The notes under the pieces were generated by a model. It saw nothing but the letters and a program-made list of their open reading frames with translations, ran no database searches and was not told the origin of the DNA. From a virus (taxonomy: Duplodnaviria; Caudoviricetes), in IMG/VR virus record IMGVR_UViG_3300014204_000141, positions 1 to 64,000 of that record: a stretch of DNA of 64,000 bases, one strand, 5' to 3'. A program made the translations under genes and the position numbers. This document shows positions 5,760-16,049 of the stretch, piece after piece (the first letter of the stretch is position 1; each line of letters starts with the position of its first letter).

Positions 5760-7862
5760 ATGGAAATTTTGACCGGAGTAATAGATAAACTCTTTTTTTC
5801 TAATATAGAAAAACATTTTTATATAGGTAAACTTGATAATGGTACAGTGTTTTTGGGAAATCTTTATAATCCGCATCCCGGAGATTCGGTAGAACTTAAT
5901 GGTGTCTATGTTGAACATAAGGAATATGGTCGGCAATTTAAGATAAGTAACGCCAATACTTTGAAACCTAATACTGCGGATGCAATTGAAAAGTATCTTT
6001 GCTATGGACCTATAGAAGGTATAGGGCCAGTATATGCCAAGAGTATAGTTAAATATTTTGGTGATAAAACACTGGACATTATTGAACATAACCCCGGACG
6101 TCTCAGAGAAGTACCGGGTATAGGATTGACACGTTATAAAAAAATTGTTGAGTGTTATAAAACTTCAACATCTGAAAGAACGTTAATGATGGATTTGTTT
6201 GCTTTGGGATTGAGTTATATATTTGTTATTAAAGTTTTGAGGAAATATGGAAATGAAGCAGCACAAAAAATTAAAGAAAATCCCTATATTTTAGCAGACG
6301 ATATTACCGGTATAGGTTTTAAAAAAGCAGATTCTATAGCAAAAACAGCGGGTTTTCCCAATGATTCACCGCTAAGGTTAAAATCAGCTATAAAATTTGC
6401 GCTCAACAACACTATTGAATTTGGACATGTATATTTACCTAAGTCTATTTTGTTGACTAATTCTAAGGCGTTGTTAGATAATGATAGTTTTGATGTTAAA
6501 GTTGAAGCGTTGTCTATTGTTTGGGATGAACTTGTAAAAAATGAAGGTTATGTTTGTGATAGTGATTGTTGTTATTTGCCTAATTTATATAACATAGAAG
6601 TCGAATCAGCAAAAATAATTAATTCTTTTTCAACGCGGGACTTTCCTAATATTTTTAAGAATGTCAGTAGTTATGATAAATTATCAGATGAACAAAAACA
6701 TTCTGTTGATGGCGTGTTTTCTAAGTATGGGCTGTCAGTTATAACGGGTCCAGCAGGATCAGGTAAAACGTATTCTTTGCGGTGTATTATAGATATTTGT
6801 AAACATAACGATATAGATTTTGAAGTTTGTGCACCCACGGGTCGCGCGGCTAAACGAATAACTGAAATATCTGGAGTCACGGCTAAGACTATACACAGAC
6901 TTTTGGGATGGACTCGGGCTGGGTTTACTTATAATGAAACTAATAAATTACCGGTGTCGGTATTGATCACTGACGAAAGTTCAATGACTGATTTGCCATT
7001 ATTTTATTCTCTTTTAAAAGCACTTAGAAATGATGTATTGTTTATTTTGTCTGGAGATTACGATCAGTTGCCATCAGTTGGTGTTGGAAATGTGTTTCAT
7101 GATTTAGTTCATTGCGATAAGATCAATACATTTAGATTAAATAATATTTTCAGGCAAAAAGACACATCTTCTATTATTATTGTTAGTAACGATATAAGAA
7201 ATGGAACTTTTAATTTTAATAATATTCAGCCTAATGTTGAATTTTTATCAACCAAAGATTCTATTGATATTTTGCCACTATTAATTGAGGAGTTCAATAA
7301 ACAACTTTTAAAAGGTTATACTTATGATCAAATAGCTGTATTAGCACCTATGTATAAAGGTAGTGCCGGAGTTGATAATATAAATAAGGTTTTTCAAGAT
7401 CTGTATAATAAAAATGGTATAAAGATACGCAATACGTTTTTCAGAGTAAAAGACAAAGTTATGGTGGTAAGAAATAATTATGATAAAGACACATTCAATG
7501 GTGACATGGGTGTAATTGTGGGTATAGAAACAAACGAAGATCATAAAGAAACAGGCATAATAATAAAAATTGATGATAGAGAAGTTGTTTATGGTTTTGA
7601 TGAGTTAACTGATATTAAGTTAGCGTTTGTTGCTACAGTTCACAAGATGCAAGGGTCAGAATGTCCTGTTGTTCTTTTTGTAGTATCTAACGAACATTGT
7701 TATATTCTTAATAGAAATTTGTTATATACTGGTATAACTCGTGGTATAGATAAAACAGTTTTTATTGGTAATATGAAAGCTTTTTATATTGGTTTGGCTA
7801 AGTCAGAATCCAGAGAGCGTTATTCAAATTTGGGAAAAAGGATAATGGAATATCATGAATGA
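5760..7862 (+). CDS. recD2: RecD2-like SF1B helicase
   Basis: N-terminal OB-like (HKEYGRQF) and HhH (GIGP) motifs; GPAGSGKT, APTGRAA, TIHRLL, DESSM, GDYDQLPSVG, TVHKMQGSE, LLYTGITR. Confidence 0.93.
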   Translation: MEILTGVIDKLFFSNIEKHFYIGKLDNGTVFLGNLYNPHPGDSVELNGVYVEHKEYGRQFKISNANTLKPNTADAIEKYLCYGPIEGIGPVYAKSIVKYFGDKTLDIIEHNPGRLREVPGIGLTRYKKIVECYKTSTSERTLMMDLFALGLSYIFVIKVLRKYGNEAAQKIKENPYILADDITGIGFKKADSIAKTAGFPNDSPLRLKSAIKFALNNTIEFGHVYLPKSILLTNSKALLDNDSFDVKVEALSIVWDELVKNEGYVCDSDCCYLPNLYNIEVESAKIINSFSTRDFPNIFKNVSSYDKLSDEQKHSVDGVFSKYGLSVITGPAGSGKTYSLRCIIDICKHNDIDFEVCAPTGRAAKRITEISGVTAKTIHRLLGWTRAGFTYNETNKLPVSVLITDESSMTDLPLFYSLLKALRNDVLFILSGDYDQLPSVGVGNVFHDLVHCDKINTFRLNNIFRQKDTSSIIIVSNDIRNGTFNFNNIQPNVEFLSTKDSIDILPLLIEEFNKQLLKGYTYDQIAVLAPMYKGSAGVDNINKVFQDLYNKNGIKIRNTFFRVKDKVMVVRNNYDKDTFNGDMGVIVGIETNEDHKETGIIIKIDDREVVYGFDELTDIKLAFVATVHKMQGSECPVVLFVVSNEHCYILNRNLLYTGITRGIDKTVFIGNMKAFYIGLAKSESRERYSNLGKRIMEYHE

Positions 7863-8601
7863 TGTGTTGGATCTAATAAAACAAGCCCAAGCCGGGAATA
7901 TAAACGCTCGCAATAAAATTGTTATTGCTAATATTGGTCTTGTTTATATGGTTTTGAAGCATATTAATATACCCGGAAATGTATTTGAAGATGCTGTGGC
8001 AGAGGGATCTTTGGGTTTGTTTAAGGCTATAGAGAAGTTCAACCCAAAGCAAGGGTGCAAATTTTCTACATATGCGACGTATTGGGTCCGTAGTTATATT
8101 CAAAATTATTTTTATAAAAATAGAAGTTTGTTAAGTGGATTAGAATTTGACGTGTTATCTGCTTATGACAAACAATATAAGAATTTAGTTGGTGATAATT
8201 ATGATAAATTTTTGAAAAATCATAAAAAATTTAGTAGTATTGATAATGCTTTGTATTCGGTAGATAGCCTTGAAAATATTACTGTAGCAACGCATATTTT
8301 TAAAACTCGTAATAGTGTAAAATTTGAAGATGTGATTTCTGATGGTGCGGATTTATACCAAGAATTTGAGTTGCATGATGATGTATCAACACTTATTAGA
8401 GCAATTAATAATCTTCCTTTTAAATTAAAAGTTTTTATAGAAACCAGATATGGTCTTAAAGATGGTAAGTATAAAACACTTCGTGAAACAAAAACCATTC
8501 TAAATAAATACGCAAAAAAATATTTTAAAGTATCATATCAATACTGGCATGTACTGGAACGCCAAATTTTAAAAACGCTTCGCACCCACTTTCCTATTTA
8601 A
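7855..8601 (+). CDS. sigma70-family RNA polymerase sigma factor (phage)
   Basis: Region 2 ANIGLV...EG.LGL.KAIEKFNP..G.KFSTYATYWVR; degenerate region 4 RYGL.DG..KTLRE. Confidence 0.9.
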   Translation: MNDVLDLIKQAQAGNINARNKIVIANIGLVYMVLKHINIPGNVFEDAVAEGSLGLFKAIEKFNPKQGCKFSTYATYWVRSYIQNYFYKNRSLLSGLEFDVLSAYDKQYKNLVGDNYDKFLKNHKKFSSIDNALYSVDSLENITVATHIFKTRNSVKFEDVISDGADLYQEFELHDDVSTLIRAINNLPFKLKVFIETRYGLKDGKYKTLRETKTILNKYAKKYFKVSYQYWHVLERQILKTLRTHFPI

Positions 8602-8629
8602 CAATCCTTACTTTTTTCTCTAAAACTTC

Positions 8630-8642
8630 TATATAATATATT
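8630..8642 (+). promoter_or_regulatory. TATATAATATATT promoter motif upstream of bS21
   Basis: Same core as at 1087, 2833, 29250, 53818 and 63616; no clear -35. Confidence 0.5.
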
Positions 8643-8676
8643 CAAAGAGTCTACTATGTTAGTGGAGGTGGTGTGC

Positions 8677-8838
8677 ATGGCTTATGTTAAGGCTTTCCCT
8701 GGTGAAGATATAGACGCGTTAATAGAACGTTTTAGTGCTCAAGTAAAAAAGGAAGGAATTTTATCAGAATTTAAAGATAGAATGTATTTTTCTAAACGAA
8801 CAAAAAAGAAAAAGGTATATAAAAGTAATAAAATATGA
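8677..8838 (+). CDS. rpsU: 30S ribosomal protein S21 (phage-encoded bS21)
   Basis: V...PGEDIDALIERF..QVKKEGILSEFKDRMYFSK with a basic tail; GGAGGTG RBS before ATG 8677. Confidence 0.88.
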   Translation: MAYVKAFPGEDIDALIERFSAQVKKEGILSEFKDRMYFSKRTKKKKVYKSNKI

Positions 8839-9251
8839 TTTTCGATTTGGATTTTATTATTTATTCTTATTTGGATGTTTATGGTATGCGTATGGCAGTT
8901 TCAACTTCTGATGTTATACGTAATAAATTTCCTCTGGCTAATATTGTATTGAAAGATGTGAGACTTACACCAGAAGTTTTGGCTAAAAATGGTGGTTTTA
9001 TATATAATATACCTACTATTTATGCTCGTAACAATGACTGTGTTTGTGGAATATTTGAGAATAAAGATTCCGCAGATTTAAAAATGGAATGGTTCTATTT
9101 AGATATTGATAAACCAAAAAAAGAACTTAGTCAGGATATACCAGTTATTGATGTTGATGAGTTACGTCAAAAGGATAGAGATCGTTTTGTTTCTGAGTAT
9201 TGGCAACGCCTTGATGTATTTTTAAATGATTTATCTGCGAGAATACAATGA
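8835..9251 (+). CDS. hypothetical protein
   Basis: 138-aa ORF, ATGA overlaps at both ends. Confidence 0.75.
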   Translation: MIFDLDFIIYSYLDVYGMRMAVSTSDVIRNKFPLANIVLKDVRLTPEVLAKNGGFIYNIPTIYARNNDCVCGIFENKDSADLKMEWFYLDIDKPKKELSQDIPVIDVDELRQKDRDRFVSEYWQRLDVFLNDLSARIQ

Positions 9252-9706
9252 TTGATGCGCAACATTGTGTTATTTGTGGGTCGCCGGGAAAATATTTATG
9301 TTTTAATCACAGGAAACGTTATGTATATAATAGTAAGTATAATGTTGTTGTTTTGAAACCCAGACGACGCATAAGTAAGGGCCAGACTAAATTATTTAAG
9401 ATCGTTAGAAGTATTTTTAATCTACCAACATTTCAAGAGGTTTTATTTCAGTGGATGGTTAATGATGATTTGCATTATAGATATGATATCAGCATTCCCG
9501 ATAAAAAACTCATAATTGAGATGAATGGTAGACAGCATTATACCCCGGTTATGTTTTTTTGTAAAACTATGAAGGGTTTTGAAGATCAGGTTAAGACGGA
9601 TAAAATAAAACAAGAAATGGCTATAGGAAATGGATATAAATTTATAACATTTTCTTATAAAGATGATTTAACAATGGCTAATGTTAGAAAAAGAATAGAG
9701 GAATAA
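9248..9706 (+). CDS. Vsr/DUF559-like endonuclease with an N-terminal Zn site
   Basis: YDISIPDKKLIIEMNGRQHY, D..K...A..NGY; CxxC...CxxH. Confidence 0.78.
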   Translation: MIDAQHCVICGSPGKYLCFNHRKRYVYNSKYNVVVLKPRRRISKGQTKLFKIVRSIFNLPTFQEVLFQWMVNDDLHYRYDISIPDKKLIIEMNGRQHYTPVMFFCKTMKGFEDQVKTDKIKQEMAIGNGYKFITFSYKDDLTMANVRKRIEE

Positions 9707-10395
9707 TGAACGACATCATTACTAAACCGCAGACTATAGTAGAGTCATTAAAGTTTGAATTGACACCATTTTGTGATACAAAATATATAGATAGTCTTGA
9801 TCTGACTGATAGTGATTGGTTGCTGATAGAAAAAACATTACGAAGTTTTGCTACAGGTTCTTATAATTCCATACCCATGGTTTGCGCCGGCGATAAGTGT
9901 GTTCATTCTAAAATTTGCCCATTTCAAACTCTGAGAAAGGCTCCTCTGTCAAAACAATGTCCCTTTGAATGGAATATGATTATAGTATGGAAGGAACAAT
10001 ATGTTAAGACATTAGGGATTAAGGATGAAGATAAAGTTGAACAGACAATGCTTCAGGATTTGATTGAGTCCGATATTATGATCTCAAGAGCCAACGCTAT
10101 TTTAGGCGATGAAGGATTTATAATGGAAAATGCCGTAGGTGTTAATGAGAATACAGGTGAAGTTGCGTATAGGAAGGAAGTGCATGCTGCGGTGTTAATA
10201 AAAGAAAAGGCCCAGGCTAGAAAGGATAAATTGTTGAAGGCGTTTCTTGCTACAAGAGAAGCGGGTTTAAAAGGCGCTAAAGAATTAGATGATATAAGTA
10301 AGAAAATGGCGGCTATTGAGGGTAGAGTCAGAAATCACACTGATAATTTAAAGAATAAAAATGCCACCGATGGTGTAATAACAGAAGAAAAATAG
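9706..10395 (+). CDS. hypothetical Cys-cluster helical protein (possible terminase small subunit)
   Basis: C-x4-C-x5-CP...CP motif and coiled C-terminus; lies upstream of TerL; function inferred from position only. Confidence 0.4.
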   Translation: MNDIITKPQTIVESLKFELTPFCDTKYIDSLDLTDSDWLLIEKTLRSFATGSYNSIPMVCAGDKCVHSKICPFQTLRKAPLSKQCPFEWNMIIVWKEQYVKTLGIKDEDKVEQTMLQDLIESDIMISRANAILGDEGFIMENAVGVNENTGEVAYRKEVHAAVLIKEKAQARKDKLLKAFLATREAGLKGAKELDDISKKMAAIEGRVRNHTDNLKNKNATDGVITEEK

Positions 10396-10400
10396 AATTT

Positions 10401-11081
10401 ATGATTAGAAAATCCATATTTCCTTATTTTTTTAGACGTAGATTTAATCCTCTTGTTAATTCAGATGAGAATAATGTTACTCGTAATGTTATGTCACGAT
10501 ATTTTAATGAAACAAAATATAACAGACAACCAGCGTCTGAATTTGATATTGTATTAAATATGGCTACTACACCAACACATATAAATACGAGAGTTAATAA
10601 ACCCATTTTTTTTAATAAAGATCAATCAATTCCTAAACCTATTAGTTGGTTAGAAGATATAAAAACTAAAGCTAATATTAGAAATAGAAAAATACGAAAT
10701 ATAAATACAAATTTATTTAAAACAGCAAAAAAAGATTCTCAAAAATTTCTTGAAACTGTTAGAACAATGGAACGTATTGTAAGTAAAACATTTTTTAAAA
10801 ATTTAAATACAAGTAAAAGTATAAATTTGCTTGAAAAAATAGCAAAACATAAAAATTGGGCAGTATTTGGTGGGATTGTATTAGGTGTAGGTGCTGCAAT
10901 TGGACAATTTAATGAATTGAAACATGAAATATTTCCGGGTAATGATAATAAAGTCGGTGCTATAGGAAGCGGTCCGGGCTATAATACATGGGCAAAAAGT
11001 TCGGGTGTACCCTACAACAATCTCAATAGTGATGGAATAGGTTTGGCGTTAAGTAAAATGCGGCATTCTTCTATTTTTTAA
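10401..11081 (+). CDS. basic hypothetical protein with one TM-like segment
   Basis: WAVFGGIVLGVGAAIG segment; Lys/Asn-rich. Confidence 0.7.
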   Translation: MIRKSIFPYFFRRRFNPLVNSDENNVTRNVMSRYFNETKYNRQPASEFDIVLNMATTPTHINTRVNKPIFFNKDQSIPKPISWLEDIKTKANIRNRKIRNINTNLFKTAKKDSQKFLETVRTMERIVSKTFFKNLNTSKSINLLEKIAKHKNWAVFGGIVLGVGAAIGQFNELKHEIFPGNDNKVGAIGSGPGYNTWAKSSGVPYNNLNSDGIGLALSKMRHSSIF

Positions 11082-11084
11082 TAT

Positions 11085-11894
11085 ATGAATAATCAAGAAT
11101 CTACTAACACGGGGTCAATAAGTCAAGGTGTTTGGGGTTTAATTAACCCATTTTCAACATTTCAGTATGAATACTTGTCGCCTTGGGCGTTATTGCCTTG
11201 GAGTCCTCTTGTTGGGGCAATGAAGACTGGCGGTGCTAGATTTACACCTATTTATACTCTTGGTATAGGCGAAGGTTTAACCAAAAATATGGCAACTACT
11301 AATATCCTTAAAAAGGGAGTTAAAAAAGTTTTTGGTGGTATAGAGTTTGGACCGGTTCCACGTGGGACGCGGGGCATGGCCGAGCATTTGATAAAAGCCG
11401 GAAATTCCGGTATATTGAGTTCTGAGTTATATGCTAAAAAAGTCGGCAGTGCTGAAATCCTTATCAAACAATATGTTAAAAAAACTAAATATAATGAATT
11501 GAGCGGAGAAGCTCTAACCAAAATTTTAAATATGGGCGGTGCTGGTTTTGACGAAGAAGTAGTTAAAGGAATAACTTCGGGTTTACGCGGTATTAAATCC
11601 GTTATGGGAATTTCTAATGCATTATTTTATGGACTATTAGCATACGAAGCGGGAAAGTTTGTGGCTTCCTCTGCCGTAAAACTTTTTAAGGGTTCGGTTT
11701 CGGCGTTAGAATACGCTAGATCAAAAAACGAACACTTGAGAAATCTTGAGTTTGGTCAACCTCTGGGCGCAGGGTATATGTCGCAGGGTGCGGCTACAGA
11801 AAGACAGAGAGCATTATCTGAAATAGCAAGACAACATATTGATGGATCAAGTTTTAGTGGTAATGAAGCTAGTTATTATTCACAAAGGATATAA
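11085..11894 (+). CDS. hypothetical Gly-rich protein, GAATERQ paralogue 1
   Basis: C-terminus shared with the next ORF. Confidence 0.75.
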   Translation: MNNQESTNTGSISQGVWGLINPFSTFQYEYLSPWALLPWSPLVGAMKTGGARFTPIYTLGIGEGLTKNMATTNILKKGVKKVFGGIEFGPVPRGTRGMAEHLIKAGNSGILSSELYAKKVGSAEILIKQYVKKTKYNELSGEALTKILNMGGAGFDEEVVKGITSGLRGIKSVMGISNALFYGLLAYEAGKFVASSAVKLFKGSVSALEYARSKNEHLRNLEFGQPLGAGYMSQGAATERQRALSEIARQHIDGSSFSGNEASYYSQRI

Positions 11895-12235
11895 TGAAAA
11901 CCATTTCAAAAGTAACACCATCTGTTTTAAAGTGGATTAAACCATTTGCGACAAGTCCCTATGTTAGACCATTTTTATTTGCTTTAGGAATAGGTGGCAC
12001 ATCCTATGTTGTAAGAAAATCAGCAACCGCAGCTTTTAGACGTAGTGAAAAGTATTTGAATTATACTAATACTGTAATAAATCATTTGCGGTCACTAGAA
12101 ATTGGCGGCGGTTTGGGTCCAGGTTACATATCCACGGGTGCTGCCACAGAACGGCAGGCCGCTATCAGTGCTATGCAAGGTTCTATTTTTACTAATCGCC
12201 GTTTTTTGGGTAAAGAAGCTAAATTGAGGGGTTAA
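11894..12235 (+). CDS. hypothetical protein, GAATERQ paralogue 2
   Basis: HLRSLEIGGGLGPGYISTGAATERQ; coupled to TerL by TAATG. Confidence 0.75.
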   Translation: MKTISKVTPSVLKWIKPFATSPYVRPFLFALGIGGTSYVVRKSATAAFRRSEKYLNYTNTVINHLRSLEIGGGLGPGYISTGAATERQAAISAMQGSIFTNRRFLGKEAKLRG

Positions 12236-13938
12236 TGGGTTTAGATGATATTTATAATGGGTTATCAGAAAAAGATCAGAGTCTATTGACGCTGATGCGT
12301 GACCCCGTATTATGGACTGAAAGTATATTGATGGATCCACGAGGTGGTGGTAAGAGTTTAGTACTTAGGTCATATCAAAAAGATGTTTTATCAGCAAGAC
12401 CAGATGATTTATCCACTGAAGGTTCTTTTGAAACAACACCAAATAGATTAAGACTTTTAAGATTTGGTAGAAGATTAGGAAAGACAATTTCACTTGCTTC
12501 GGAAGCCTTATTTTCGGCTGTTGCGCGTTCTCATCGCAAAGTAGCATATATATCTCCTTATGAATCGCAATGCGAGCTATTTTTTAAGATGCTTGAAGCA
12601 CTTATGTCAGGGAGTGTCATTAAACCAATACGGTTTGTCAGAAAACCGTTTATTGCCGAATTTGCAAATTCTTCTATTATTCGCGCGTATACTGGAAACG
12701 TTAGAAATTCCAGAAAAGGATCTCCTATTCGCGGAATAGAAGTTGATAATTTTTTTCTCGACGAGATCGATCATGGTTTAGACGAAATTATTGACGATGT
12801 TATTTTCCCCATTTTTCTTGGAAATAAACGTTCAACTATTTTAGCGGCTTCAACGCCTTCTGGTGCAAGGAAGACATTTTGGCGTTGGGCAAACGACTGC
12901 AAACAACCACCACAACTTCGGATTGGTGTTCGTGAGTTTTATCATCCTTGGACGCATTCACCGGACTGGACCCCTGAGATTGATCGTCTCGCCCGTGTGC
13001 AATCAACAGCAGACAAGTATTTACGTGAATATATGGCCGAGTTTGGTGATGCCTTAGAGGGTGTGTTTAGGCATACGGACTTGGATGCTGCATTAAAACC
13101 ATACAAATACAATCAATTAAAATATAATTTCGATAATAAGTACATTATGGGTGTGGATTGGAATGAAACGTTTGGTGTGTCTGTAGTCATATTGGAACAA
13201 AATAAAGACAGTAAAAGATTTAGAATTTTTTATCATGAAATTATTAATAAACAGGAATTTACACAAACGGAATCAACTAAACAAATTATTAGACTTCATG
13301 CGCAGTTCCCGTGTCACTTTTTATATGTAGATAAAGGGTTTGGTAATTCGCAATGTGAATGGTTAAGAAAATTTGGGCAAGATCATCCCGAAACAAAACT
13401 TGATGTTATTTTAAGACCAATTGATTATGGTGGCAATATTGAAATTATGGACCCTATAACCAAAGGTAAATTAGAAAAACCAGCAAAAGCATTTATGGTA
13501 TTTAATTCTCAACTTCAGTTTGAAAATAAAATGATTGATATATCTGAAGATGAGGACAGTGACAATGGTATAATAACACAGGCCCGAGAGTTTATGATTA
13601 AGGGTATGTCATCCCGTGACGTTCCGGTTTTTGTTAGAACCAATAAAGATCACTCTCTAAATGCGCTGATGTTAGCATTATTAGGTTTTAGAATAGAGTT
13701 TTATACAGAAGATGGCATACGCGCACCATCTAAAATACTTTTTGGTAATTCCTTTCCATCGCAGATAATAACACCAAGATCTAATAATATTAAAACAGAT
13801 AAGGTTGATATGTCCGTTATTGTTAGGAAAGCCCTACCAAATATGAATCACATTGTTTGTAAAGATATTGATAAACAAGGTATCATTTCTAAAGATTCTA
13901 TATTTCGTCTGAGACGCCCTAAAAGGAGTACATTTTAA
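12235..13938 (+). CDS. terL: terminase large subunit
   Basis: LRSYQ, Walker A GRRLGKT, Walker B FFLDE, ASTP, REYMAEF, nuclease motifs MGVDWN and KDH. Confidence 0.93.
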   Translation: MGLDDIYNGLSEKDQSLLTLMRDPVLWTESILMDPRGGGKSLVLRSYQKDVLSARPDDLSTEGSFETTPNRLRLLRFGRRLGKTISLASEALFSAVARSHRKVAYISPYESQCELFFKMLEALMSGSVIKPIRFVRKPFIAEFANSSIIRAYTGNVRNSRKGSPIRGIEVDNFFLDEIDHGLDEIIDDVIFPIFLGNKRSTILAASTPSGARKTFWRWANDCKQPPQLRIGVREFYHPWTHSPDWTPEIDRLARVQSTADKYLREYMAEFGDALEGVFRHTDLDAALKPYKYNQLKYNFDNKYIMGVDWNETFGVSVVILEQNKDSKRFRIFYHEIINKQEFTQTESTKQIIRLHAQFPCHFLYVDKGFGNSQCEWLRKFGQDHPETKLDVILRPIDYGGNIEIMDPITKGKLEKPAKAFMVFNSQLQFENKMIDISEDEDSDNGIITQAREFMIKGMSSRDVPVFVRTNKDHSLNALMLALLGFRIEFYTEDGIRAPSKILFGNSFPSQIITPRSNNIKTDKVDMSVIVRKALPNMNHIVCKDIDKQGIISKDSIFRLRRPKRSTF

Positions 13939-16028
13939 TGGTTGATTTATTACAAAAACCTAATTTTAATTTTACTCCAAGAGATATTAGAGGCGATGTT
14001 CCAGTTAAGGAAGTTAATCCCAATACTTTGGGTTTGTCTTCTGCTGATGCTAAAGATATTAATGAAGTTTTACAACCCGAAAGTGTTAGAGATAGTTATC
14101 CTAAAGAATTGCGCGATTCTATAGATAATTGTCTTATTGCTATATCTTCGTTTCAAGATCAATGTCAACGTATTGAAGATAGATGTTACGATGAGATGAA
14201 AGATTTGCGGATAGAATATAATCCTAATGATTTTCCAGATGTTCATGACGCAGTTCATTGTCCATTATGTGGTATTCCCTCTGCTGGTAATATAATTGAT
14301 GTTAATTCTATTAAAGCCAAAACCAATAAAAAGAAAGCACTTGTAGATGATATGATGGATGATATTGGGTTTAATTCGTGCCTGTCAAATGATTCTGATA
14401 ACCCAGCGCAAGACCTGAATTCCGAACAACAAAAGAAAACAAAGAATAATATAATGTTTATGTTGGTTATGGTTTTGAAACAAATTTTAATTTGGGTGAT
14501 TGAAGTTATATTAAAGTTTTTTTCGCCACTACGAAAAGTTCCTTTTGCTAAGGCCATACCTAAAGCACTAAACAGATTGATTAAACGGTTGAAAAAAACT
14601 AAATATGGTGAAACCCATGTTGCTGATTTGTCAGCCGATGAAAAAGGCGAGTCTGATAATGAAGTTGAACATATGGATTATGATGATGATTTGTTATTGG
14701 ATATGCCTATAAGTTTAAGTGATGTTGGTAGTACTGTAAATGAAATGGATATGTTGTGTCATAAACACATACAAAATTTTGATACATTTATGTTTTTGTC
14801 TAATAACCCCGCCGTAAGAACATCAGCATTTATACTTCATAATGTCAATATAGCGCAACAGCGAATGGCAGATACAGCTCGTTCTGTAGCCGAAATGAAT
14901 ATTCAGCCTGGATATACAGTTCCAGTTACCACAGTTAATACCAAAGAGTTAAAGGTCAGACAATTATTACCATCAGAATACGTGCGGCGCACTGAAAAGG
15001 GTGCGGGTGGCACATCCGCGTTTTTTAATGGTATGGGTGATGTGGCTTTGAAAGCGACAAAGGAATACGGAAAGGTCGCAGAAGAGATTTTAGATAATTG
15101 GGTAAATTCACCAGAAGTTTTGTGTTGTTTTATTAAAAATTGTATTAAAATTGGCTTGAATACTAAAGATGGAAAGAAAATATTAATGGGAATTAGAGCG
15201 TTTTTGTTATTATTGAAAAATGGTTTTGTATTTGATTTTAATTCTGATATATCTGATTTATTTAATATTATAAATGAGGTTGTTAATACAATTATCAGAG
15301 GTTTTATATCATCTATTTCATCACTTATCAGTAATAAAATAACTAATGGTCTGGCTGTTATTTTAGATAAAAATAAAATTAAAGCAAAAGAATGTTATCC
15401 ATTTCAAAATTTATTGGACATGGTGGATGCTTATATAAAAAAGTTACTTAGTTCTATTTTAGAATATAATTTTAGTTTTATTACGGCATGGGATGTAGAA
15501 GTTAATTTAGGTGTAAAAATATCTAAAAAATTGAAAGATGCGGATGCTGTGGATGTTTATATCAAATGGATTGATATTGCTATACGAATGATTAATACAT
15601 ATGATTATTGTTTGGAAAATGATAATCCCATTACAGCATCAAGTACTTACAAAACCAATTACACAAATTTCAAAGATTTTGGTGATGTTCTTGATTATAC
15701 AAATGACATTGCCAGTGATGCCGTAACCACAGCAACTCAAGAATATTTTAATAGTGTGAAATCATCTATTTCCAACAATAGTGATATTTTAAATAATCAA
15801 ACCACAACAAATTCTATTAGTAAAAATACTGTTTCTAATGAAATGGAAAACTACTTAGTTACTGCTGCTATGGTTAATTATGGTGGTGTAACAATTGAAA
15901 AAGCAAAAGATATGTTGGAACATAATGTTCCTTGTAATTGTGATAAAGTTTTAACAGATTCTGAACTAAATGAGATAAAACGACAACTTGAAAATGTTAT
16001 GAAATCTAATAGGTTCACTTCTACTTAG
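13938..16028 (+). CDS. hypothetical helical Cys-containing protein between TerL and portal
   Basis: 696-aa ORF translationally coupled to TerL. Confidence 0.8.
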   Translation: MVDLLQKPNFNFTPRDIRGDVPVKEVNPNTLGLSSADAKDINEVLQPESVRDSYPKELRDSIDNCLIAISSFQDQCQRIEDRCYDEMKDLRIEYNPNDFPDVHDAVHCPLCGIPSAGNIIDVNSIKAKTNKKKALVDDMMDDIGFNSCLSNDSDNPAQDLNSEQQKKTKNNIMFMLVMVLKQILIWVIEVILKFFSPLRKVPFAKAIPKALNRLIKRLKKTKYGETHVADLSADEKGESDNEVEHMDYDDDLLLDMPISLSDVGSTVNEMDMLCHKHIQNFDTFMFLSNNPAVRTSAFILHNVNIAQQRMADTARSVAEMNIQPGYTVPVTTVNTKELKVRQLLPSEYVRRTEKGAGGTSAFFNGMGDVALKATKEYGKVAEEILDNWVNSPEVLCCFIKNCIKIGLNTKDGKKILMGIRAFLLLLKNGFVFDFNSDISDLFNIINEVVNTIIRGFISSISSLISNKITNGLAVILDKNKIKAKECYPFQNLLDMVDAYIKKLLSSILEYNFSFITAWDVEVNLGVKISKKLKDADAVDVYIKWIDIAIRMINTYDYCLENDNPITASSTYKTNYTNFKDFGDVLDYTNDIASDAVTTATQEYFNSVKSSISNNSDILNNQTTTNSISKNTVSNEMENYLVTAAMVNYGGVTIEKAKDMLEHNVPCNCDKVLTDSELNEIKRQLENVMKSNRFTST

Positions 16029-16049
16029 TATATAAGGGGGACATTACCC

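Noticed and set aside
12235-13938. Intein or intron in TerL (also checked in RecD2 and MCP)
   Set aside because: Lengths are normal, motifs are contiguous, and no splice-junction or LAGLIDADG motifs are evident
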